Of a stretch of DNA of 32,000 nt, positions 9,907 through 17,351 are shown one piece after another. The notes below the pieces were generated by a model, which worked only from the letters and a program-made list of their open reading frames with translations, did not search any database and was not told the origin of the DNA. Each line of letters opens with the position of its first letter. The first letter of the stretch is position 1. Origin of the DNA: Candidatus Thorarchaeota archaeon (lineage in GTDB: Archaea; Asgardarchaeota; Heimdallarchaeia; Hodarchaeales; Hodarchaeaceae); NCBI GenBank assembly GCA_048882505.1, contig JBHLRO010000001.1, positions 300,001-332,000 on the forward strand, in the 5' to 3' direction. The position numbers were made by a program, and so were the translations under genes.

Positions 9907-9915
9907 AAAAAAAAA
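9907..9915 (-). terminator. Possible oligo(T) archaeal terminator (T9 on the minus strand)
   Basis: Run of nine A on the plus strand, about 20 nt downstream of the 9936 stop, within a pyrimidine-rich tract on the minus strand. Confidence 0.35.
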
Positions 9916-9935
9916 GGAGGAAATGGGTGAAGGAT

Positions 9936-10686
9936 TTACCTACCTTTCCTGCGTGATAGAACAACCGCTAAAGCAAAAAAGAAAAGGATAATCCACGCTA
10001 TGGTAAGAGCGGGTGTCGGAAAAAATCCCGCATCCGCCTCTCGGGCAATAGATATCAAACTTGACAGCGTATTGTTTGACATATCAAAATCATACAACTC
10101 TAGAATGCCAGTGCCGTTGTTGTACGTCATTTCATGACTTAATAGCCATTAATTATTACCAGTGCCATCACTGTTGCCTATCGAGTAATTAATGGCATTT
10201 ACACTCGATGTAGTTGTGTTTTGATAATTGGCATTGGGATCAAACCACCCCATCAAGGCAGTAATGAACGATATGGTATTTATCCAAGCCCCCCAGCCTG
10301 CAGTTTCGTTTCCAATATCTAAGGGAGAAACAAAGAAGTAAAGAGAATTTCCTTCCGATGTTGGTTCATCATCAATGTAAACATCAACCCACGCGATAGT
10401 ATTTGAGCTTACTAATGATGTCCAATCACCCAGGGTAGACAGATTACCTGTGGCATTAACAAGGATTTTAAACCCTTTTGAGACATTAGCAAGCGCTGGA
10501 AAAAACGTGGTTATCTCTCAACTATAGTTAGAAACCTTAAACCTTCATTATCCGCCTTCCTTAACCCATTCATGCCAGCTGAGCGTTAAGGCAGCACTTG
10601 AAGGTAAGACAATTGAACTATATAATAAGAGACCTACTGAAACTAGCATTCCCATAATTATCAGATCGAGCTTTATGTAGTTTCAT
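9936..10686 (-). pseudogene. Secreted, C-terminally membrane-anchored glycoprotein gene with four in-frame stops
   Basis: One frame from ATG 10655 to TAA 9936 reads signal peptide MGMLVSVGLLLYSSIVLPSSAA..., nine NxS/T sequons, and a C-terminal TM plus RRKGR. Internal stops: TAA 10548-50, TGA 10545-47, TGA 10518-20, TAA 10149-51. An upstream ATG at 10686 is out of frame. Confidence 0.75.
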
Positions 10687-10734
10687 TACCTGTCAATTAT
10701 TTGATCTGTTTCCCGCCATCAGGAGAGAAGTTCC

Positions 10735-10742
10735 TTTATAAA
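10735..10742. promoter_or_regulatory. TATA box (TTTATAAA) for a probably leaderless mutM-like transcript; self-complementary, so it may also serve the divergent gene
   Basis: Lies 26-33 nt upstream of ATG 10768; no Shine-Dalgarno is visible before that ATG. Confidence 0.55.
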
Positions 10743-10748
10743 GCGTTC

Positions 10749-10766
10749 TGTACTAACGTCAGTACA
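10749..10766. promoter_or_regulatory. Inverted repeat TGTACT-AACGTC-AGTACA, putative operator
   Basis: Perfect 6-bp arms with a palindromic ACGT core, between the TATA box and ATG 10768. Confidence 0.4.
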
Positions 10767-10767
10767 C

Positions 10768-11625
10768 ATGCCAGAAGGACCTGAAGTAGAAACTGTAAGG
10801 AAAGAATTGTCTCCTCTTATTTCTAGGACAGTTAAACGTATACGATTGACAGAATTTTCGCAAAACTATCCTAAATACCGCCAAAAGCAGCCCGAGTTTG
10901 ACATTTTCGTAAATAGTACATTGGATGATATAATCAGGATAGGGAAATTTCTGATTTGGCGTTTTGTGGAGGTACCCAATGTCATTCTAAATCATCTAGG
11001 AATGAGTGGCCGTTGGGGACTTATTGATGGCGCGGTTGTTCCCGAACGGGACTATAAACATCCAAAAGTTCTCGTTGAAATGAAAAATCCTCCCCACGCA
11101 GTTTTTGATGACACAAGAAATTTTGGCCAATTTAGAGTATTTAAATCGTTGGAAATGGTAAACAATTATTCTCCCATCAAGAAAATGGGCATTGACGGTT
11201 TGGCACAGCCATTTCCGACCCAAAGATTTGCTGATCAACTCGATTTGCGCTCCTTTATTGCCAAGCCGATAGGCGAAGCCTTGATTGATCAGAGGCTTGT
11301 GGCGGGGATTGGAAATATCTACAAATCCGAAGCTCTTTTCGAAGCGAGAATCGATCCTAGGAAGAAAGTTCAAGATCTTTCCAAAAACGAGAAAAACAGG
11401 CTCGGGGAGGCTATTAGTTTTATCCTGAATAAGGCACTTCGATCTATGGGCAGCTCTATCGATGTTCAACCGTATACTCGTCCTAATGGGGATTTTGGAG
11501 AAGCACAAATCTGGCATCGAGTGTATAACCGCGCAGGTAAGTCGTGTCCAGTATGTAACAAAAAAATCGAGCGTATAAAGCAAAAAGGACGGAGTACCTT
11601 CTTTTGTGCCCAGTGTCAAAAGTGA
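10768..11625 (+). CDS. mutM: Fpg/Nei family DNA glycosylase/AP lyase
   Basis: N-terminal catalytic PE (MPEGPEV), GKFL, HLGMSG, H2TH motif GIGNIYKSEALF, zinc finger CPVC...GRSTFFCAQCQ. Confidence 0.92.
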   Translation: MPEGPEVETVRKELSPLISRTVKRIRLTEFSQNYPKYRQKQPEFDIFVNSTLDDIIRIGKFLIWRFVEVPNVILNHLGMSGRWGLIDGAVVPERDYKHPKVLVEMKNPPHAVFDDTRNFGQFRVFKSLEMVNNYSPIKKMGIDGLAQPFPTQRFADQLDLRSFIAKPIGEALIDQRLVAGIGNIYKSEALFEARIDPRKKVQDLSKNEKNRLGEAISFILNKALRSMGSSIDVQPYTRPNGDFGEAQIWHRVYNRAGKSCPVCNKKIERIKQKGRSTFFCAQCQK

Positions 11626-11744
11626 GCTATTCGAGTACTCGATGAGTTTTCTTCCTGCTTCCAAGTGATTGTCATATTTGGACTGTATACTGGTTCCCCT
11701 TGTATTCTAGTTCCCCTTTGATGCGTCTTGGATAACAATTATAC

Positions 11745-12887
11745 TTATATTTTTGAATTAGGTGACTGAAGTTCTTCTGCAGTTTCCCCAAAAGATTCAA
11801 CGCCCGATTTCTGAGTTTGGAAGATTAATAGCGGTATAAGAAAGATTAAACTTAGAATAGTTGCAGCCACTCCATTAAACCACCACACATCCCAGGTCAT
11901 ATAGAAAATAGCCGGATTGAATATAGCTGAGGTTTGTATAGGACCTGTCAGCATGACGAGGAACCCGGAAATGCCTACCTGCGTTACCCCCATCGCTAGA
12001 ATTACCAACAAATAATTCCTGTATCTGTATGTAACCTTGTACCGAGATTCAGAAATACCGATTGGTATCAGACCTAGGGACATCAGGAGCATACCGAACG
12101 TTAAAAGTTCAAAATAGTGATAAGAATGCAGAATTTCAATTGGTAATAAACCGTTATGTGTTATTGTTGGAGTCAAATAGATCATTCCTCCAATCAATGC
12201 GATTAAGAGGAACAGAGGATCAAGTCTTTCGATAGCCCTTGATTTTTTTGCCATATATGAGACTGAAAGGGGCAAACCTCCACTCAAAAGGCATATAATG
12301 CCTAAGATAAAGTGTACGCCCCATAGCTGGTGTGAAAACATCGGGTACAGGAGGTAACTATACTCTACCCAACTAAGGCCTAGAATTATAAGACCAATAA
12401 AAAAACAGGCAATAAAGTTAAGGGAATAGGTAGTATCGCGAGGGTTTAACCGCTCTCTGAATGCTAAAGGGGGAAGCCCAAGTAGGAGAAGGAAAATCCC
12501 CCAAATAAGATAATCAAAACTCTGATGCCACGGGAATAAGGCCGTGAGGGAGGGTATCACATCTAATAGAAGCGCGTATACAATGGCCTCGACACTGAAA
12601 AATATTAAAAGGCGAGAAATACTTTCTAATCCCCAGAAAGGTTTAGAACCCGACTTTAAAATAGCGGGTAGAAGAAGAAACGAGCAAACAAATAAAAAAT
12701 ACCCACTAAAGGCTAAGAATACGTAAAATTTGAGCCCAAAAAAGGAATGAATAGGAAAATTAATGTATACGTTTGGATCCATGGAAATCCCTCCCATAAA
12801 AACGGATATACCCACTCCCGTGATGATTAGACTTAGTCCTATTATCCAAAGCAGCCAATTCTTTATTTTTCTCACTACAGTCAGCAT
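11745..12887 (-). CDS. Hypothetical membrane protein, about 10 TM, with five helical-hairpin-like repeats
   Basis: Long hydrophobic ORF with a recurring aromatic...G...G..P helix pattern; no family recognised. Confidence 0.8.
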   Translation of the reverse strand: MLTVVRKIKNWLLWIIGLSLIITGVGISVFMGGISMDPNVYINFPIHSFFGLKFYVFLAFSGYFLFVCSFLLLPAILKSGSKPFWGLESISRLLIFFSVEAIVYALLLDVIPSLTALFPWHQSFDYLIWGIFLLLLGLPPLAFRERLNPRDTTYSLNFIACFFIGLIILGLSWVEYSYLLYPMFSHQLWGVHFILGIICLLSGGLPLSVSYMAKKSRAIERLDPLFLLIALIGGMIYLTPTITHNGLLPIEILHSYHYFELLTFGMLLMSLGLIPIGISESRYKVTYRYRNYLLVILAMGVTQVGISGFLVMLTGPIQTSAIFNPAIFYMTWDVWWFNGVAATILSLIFLIPLLIFQTQKSGVESFGETAEELQSPNSKI

Positions 12888-13051
12888 TCTGCTTCAACCC
12901 ACTTTTAAACATGAGTGTACAATACAAAAAGATCAAAAGTAGTCCATGAGATCGCGAAATAGTCCTTAGATTCCTATTAGGATCCTATCATAGATAACTC
13001 CCATTGGAGCCGATTATATCGCCTCCTATGGCCGCAAATTAATACTGAATA

Positions 13052-14725
13052 TTATTCAGCTTTGGAAACGCGCTGGTACATTGGAACGTATAAAAATGGT
13101 ACCCAATCTTTCGGATCGGGTCTCCATCGGCCAATAATCGCTTCGACTTCGTCCCCCTCGTTAAAGGAGTCAATATTTGGGTTATAATTAAATCCCCTCA
13201 CCATTTTTTGGTCGAACATCACCCAATACGGATTGGTAGGATAGCCAGTGCTTTTCTTTTGAGGAGTGGAGAATTTTATTGATCGGATTCTTCCTCGTTT
13301 AGGTAATTTGATTTTATGTAGCTTTCCACCACAGATTCGCTTTGCATCTGATCTATCAAATTGGATCCCTCGTAGACACCTGTTTTTCAGTTTTGCGAAT
13401 TTCTCGGGGGGTTCAAAATCAGGAAAGTTTGTGGCAGTCCATGAATCTCCAAAATAGACTGCTCCACAACTTGGACAACCTTGGACCGCATAGAATTCCT
13501 TCCCGAGGGGATCCAAAGAAAGCATGGCAACACTCCTAGCAGCCAATTGGGGAGTGTCACGATAGCGGAAATAATCTTCTACGCTTATCTTTTGCTTGTT
13601 TTTCGCAATTTGTTCCATTACGGTAGGAATGCCGTTATTTGCGACGTTCTTGCTATCTTTTTTCATTTTGATTGTAATTACGTCCGATCCCGCACCAGAT
13701 CCATATAAAACTGTCAAGATCTCTTCATCTACTTTCCCTTCCTCCATCGCAGCACATAAAGCCGTTGGAACCGTCGCCGAATAACCGTTAGCTATCTGGG
13801 GAGCTAAATTCGAGACTTTTACTCTAGGTTCTATTCTAAGGAGTTTTCCGTTTTCATCGAATACCTTTTCAGCCAATTTAATCCCGTAATGGTTGGATAT
13901 ATCCAAAAGGGCTTCATGTGGAAAACTACCATTAGGAGAGTGGAGTACCCAGGTTTTATTTGGAAGGGTCTCGGGTTGAATGTCTGCAAATCGCTCTAGG
14001 TGCTTTTTAACTGTCGAAAGAATCATTCCTCGATAGGCTAATGATGTTCCCTGACCCTCATGCTCAGGAAAATCCTCGCCTTCTTTACGAATAAAATCAG
14101 AGAAATCATAATTAATGGATGTCCGACCTTTGATCTCCGCAATGCCGTTTCCCTGCCCTATTATTATGCTCGTGGAGTAAAAGGAAGCTGAAAATTCCAA
14201 ATCGTCTCCAGGTGCCCCTTGGCTTGCATCGGTGGCAGTTACTGCCACGTATCGGGCTCGACCTGAGTCTACCAATGCTCCAGCTATATCAAGAAATTCA
14301 CCAAACGGTTTACAGGCGAATTCTCCCCTAGCTCCATACTTTAGTTTTGTACAACCTACTTTCCCAGCAATTGCGGTGCTCGATTTTACCGCATAAGGAT
14401 ACGATTCCGATACCACAAAAAGAGCATCGATCTCATGCGGTTCGATACCTGCTCGCTTGATCGCAAATTGAAGAGATTGGATACCTGCGGTTAGAGCATC
14501 TTCATTGGGGCCAGGAACAACTTTCTCGCGTAACAACAGACGTTGATTGTAGATCCAACGAACCGAGGAGAGAGCCTTGCCCCGATATCGATAGAATGTT
14601 TTCTTTAATGCCTTTAGGGCTCTTCTCGCACTGAGATGGGACAGATTATGATATTGCCGGACGAGCTGGTCTACTTCCAGACGATTTGCGGGTATAAAAG
14701 AAGCAATTGCCTTAATATCCGCCAT
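13052..14725 (-). CDS. Archaeal-type HMG-CoA synthase fused to a C-terminal DUF35-like Zn-ribbon/OB-fold domain
   Basis: SESYPYAVK (E107), EFACK (C138), LHSPNGSFP (H262), YGSGAGSD, then CPSCG at residue 417 and an OB-fold-like tail. Shine-Dalgarno GGAGG precedes the ATG. Confidence 0.85.
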   Translation of the reverse strand: MADIKAIASFIPANRLEVDQLVRQYHNLSHLSARRALKALKKTFYRYRGKALSSVRWIYNQRLLLREKVVPGPNEDALTAGIQSLQFAIKRAGIEPHEIDALFVVSESYPYAVKSSTAIAGKVGCTKLKYGARGEFACKPFGEFLDIAGALVDSGRARYVAVTATDASQGAPGDDLEFSASFYSTSIIIGQGNGIAEIKGRTSINYDFSDFIRKEGEDFPEHEGQGTSLAYRGMILSTVKKHLERFADIQPETLPNKTWVLHSPNGSFPHEALLDISNHYGIKLAEKVFDENGKLLRIEPRVKVSNLAPQIANGYSATVPTALCAAMEEGKVDEEILTVLYGSGAGSDVITIKMKKDSKNVANNGIPTVMEQIAKNKQKISVEDYFRYRDTPQLAARSVAMLSLDPLGKEFYAVQGCPSCGAVYFGDSWTATNFPDFEPPEKFAKLKNRCLRGIQFDRSDAKRICGGKLHKIKLPKRGRIRSIKFSTPQKKSTGYPTNPYWVMFDQKMVRGFNYNPNIDSFNEGDEVEAIIGRWRPDPKDWVPFLYVPMYQRVSKAE

Positions 14726-14757
14726 AATCGATCCTCCAGTAGGTAGATTGTATTCTC

Positions 14758-15240
14758 CTATATCAGTTCAGATATGGGACGCAACAGTTTTGATTCACAC
14801 GTAAGGTTCCTAAACGATGACCATACGTACATGCCTTTTATAAGTTTGCGTTTCTTCTCTTTCATAGGGCTATGACCACCCATATCATGTGGGTAAAAAA
14901 TACATTGTTGGAACGTAATTTCACCTGGAATTCACAAATGCTTGAGGTTTGCGGAAGGATTTGTCCTCTCAATTAGAATGAACCTGACAACCGACTTTAA
15001 TAATGTCTTGCCTCCCCAACCATTACCTAGCCCATAAATGTAATAAAACGGGAAGAAGGAATGAGATTTGAAATTTTAGATCTATTATTGCGACAGTCTC
15101 CCCATCATCAGGCCACAGGGAAACATAATGATTTTTTATATTCCCGATGCTGGTGGTTCCCCAGGTACGGTTGATCGATAGAATTATGGAAAGATTAAAA
15201 CGGTTTGTGAGACCCAAATCCGGGGAACTATTGTAAATTG
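14758..15240 (-). pseudogene. Possible degraded gene remnant
   Basis: A protein-like 64-codon ORF (15023-15217). A shifted frame from about 15060 runs 101 codons to TAG 14758-60 with a single internal TGA. No recognisable family. Confidence 0.3.
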
Positions 15241-15435
15241 CCTATGACCTGGGATTACGGTTTTCGATACCGTTTTAAGACTTGCAGTTTTGCTTAATCG
15301 AATTGATGTAACAAGCTGCATTATGGAAGTTATGTATGTATTGTTTAAGCTGGATTACCAGAGCAATTCCTAAACCGCAAGAGCAAAATTTTCATAAATT
15401 GCCGCCAGTCTCCAAAGCTCCTCATTATTTTGAAA

Positions 15436-16182
15436 TTATGGGATATTTTGGATTGTTTCACGCATCAGATATGGAAGAAGTCCTGATATGAAATAAACGG
15501 GCAATAGTGGAAAATAAAGCACTATTGTATAAGTTTCGACTGTCATATCAGGCCAGGTGTGAGAATACACAGCAAATCCCAAGAATATTATCATCAAGAA
15601 AAAAAGGCCCAAAGCTAGCCTCTGGAGTTTGTTGGGCCAATCCCTAATGATAAGTTCTTTTGGCCATGAGATCGAAAGTTCATGACAGGTGTTGGTCCTC
15701 TTGGCAAAACCTGCCATCACAAGATAAAATATAAATTCAAAATATCCATCTAGAGTAAGTAAAATCTTCGCGAGAAGGGGATCCAGATCCATATATGTGA
15801 AGGGAACAACGTATGTTCTATCACCCCATGCTTGGAAGGGCCAAAACCAGGAAATTCCCTCCAAGTACAGAAAGTCAAGCAACACATGTAGGAACATCCC
15901 AAATCCTACCCCAAGTATCATTGAATTTCGTTTCCATCCATAGCCAAGAATCATGAGTAGTCCTATAATAGGAAGGCTGTGGGTTACTGATCGGTGGAAT
16001 GTTACAGCGAGATTTAAATCCCCCGTTATCAGGGTGATTACCGAACTACCCAAAATGTCCAGATCGGGAAGAGTGGAACCCCAAACCAATCCCACACGTA
16101 TACGTTGACCATGATTTGTACTTGGATCGATCCTTGTTGCCAATAAGAGGCCAAGAAGTCCATGAAACCCAGTTGGAGCCAT
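15436..16182 (-). CDS. Membrane-bound metal-dependent hydrolase, YdjM/DUF457-like
   Basis: N-terminal FHG, LPDLD, FHRSVTHSL, LHVLLD and WFWP motifs with TM segments. Confidence 0.85.
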   Translation of the reverse strand: MAPTGFHGLLGLLLATRIDPSTNHGQRIRVGLVWGSTLPDLDILGSSVITLITGDLNLAVTFHRSVTHSLPIIGLLMILGYGWKRNSMILGVGFGMFLHVLLDFLYLEGISWFWPFQAWGDRTYVVPFTYMDLDPLLAKILLTLDGYFEFIFYLVMAGFAKRTNTCHELSISWPKELIIRDWPNKLQRLALGLFFLMIIFLGFAVYSHTWPDMTVETYTIVLYFPLLPVYFISGLLPYLMRETIQNIP

Positions 16183-16381
16183 GTTCCTCCGGAGTACTCA
16201 GATTTCAAATCTCTTGGCATGATTCATCTTTTACAATAATATCTAGGCCCTAGGTTTCGTTCAGAGAAGGAATTGAATGAACATCTAAGAGGGGCCAAGA
16301 AATCCCTTAACAGTGAGATTGTTTTCCCCGAGGAATTCAAACAACTTTAGGTTTAATTGAAAAAACGAATCAAAGGTATAA

Positions 16382-16395
16382 TTTACCTAGGTAAA
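16382..16395. promoter_or_regulatory. Perfect 14-bp palindrome TTTACCTAGGTAAA, putative transcription-factor site
   Basis: Seen directly. It immediately precedes a TATA-like CTTAAATA in the divergent spacer upstream of the GTPase. Confidence 0.4.
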
Positions 16396-16460
16396 CTTAA
16401 ATAGAATATACAACCGTTTTACCACGAAATCAATGTAGCCGATCCACAGGAGATGTTTTT

Positions 16461-17216
16461 ATGCTATTACGTGGACTTCGTGGCAGTAACCGGGTTACTC
16501 GTATTCTAAAACAAGGAAAAGGATTCAAAGGTGTATATAAAATTGTTGTCATCGGGAGTACTGGTGCAGGAAAAACGACTTTGCTCAAATGTCTCTTGGG
16601 AGATCTGTTTAAACCAACTGGAGAGCAGAAACGGCGAACTGATGTTGAAAATCAGTTGGATGCAACACATACTTGGTACCGTGTTGGGGGAGAAACAACG
16701 GGAACGATAGATTCCACAACCACTGTTTCGGTTAATACAGCTGGAATATTACTTGTACGGACCTTGTATAATTCCATCGAGTTTCATTCTTTGGCCAGCG
16801 CCGATGAATTAATCTTAAGAGACGACGTAGATTCTATCTTCCAGCTAGTTTTTTTCGATACAGCGGGCCAGGAACGATTTGACTTTATTCCCGAGATGAC
16901 ATTGCGGGGCGCCGACGTGGCCATAATCATTGCTGACGGTACAAATATAAGTTCAATTGAGAAAATTGGCTATTTTGTAGAGATAACACAACGGGAAGAG
17001 GAACGAAGCCCTGATAGAATACCAATTATTGTGATGTTAAACAAGAAAGATTTAGCCAAATACGGAGCCTTTATTGGCTTGGAAGCAGTGAAAAGGATAC
17101 TAGACCACGACAACTATTTCGATTTCCACGAAACATCCGCCCTTTCAGGCGAGGGTATAGGTGACAGCGTCCACTCACTGATGTCTAGACTTCATGAGAA
17201 AACCATTGGTAAATGA
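16461..17216 (+). CDS. Ras-superfamily small GTPase with insertions
   Basis: G1 GSTGAGKT, probable G2 TTTV, G3 DTAGQERF, G4 NKKD, G5 ETSAL. Confidence 0.9.
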   Translation: MLLRGLRGSNRVTRILKQGKGFKGVYKIVVIGSTGAGKTTLLKCLLGDLFKPTGEQKRRTDVENQLDATHTWYRVGGETTGTIDSTTTVSVNTAGILLVRTLYNSIEFHSLASADELILRDDVDSIFQLVFFDTAGQERFDFIPEMTLRGADVAIIIADGTNISSIEKIGYFVEITQREEERSPDRIPIIVMLNKKDLAKYGAFIGLEAVKRILDHDNYFDFHETSALSGEGIGDSVHSLMSRLHEKTIGK

Positions 17217-17351
17217 GATCTGTTTTGTACCAATGGATTACAGCCTATCTAGAAGTATCAATGTTATTTCAAACGAAATTATGGGTTCGATTATTATACC
17301 CTTAATTTCAGGCCTAAAACGACCAATCACCTAGTGGATGAAAACCAGTTC

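Noticed and set aside
10996-11664. 222-aa minus-strand ORF opposite the Fpg/Nei gene
   Set aside because: No motifs and atypical composition; it lies almost entirely antisense to a well-supported gene.
16240-16350. Short protein-like plus frame (FRSEKELNEHLRGAKKSLNSEIVFPEEFKQL*)
   Set aside because: About 36 codons with no start codon after the upstream stop; cannot be supported as a gene.
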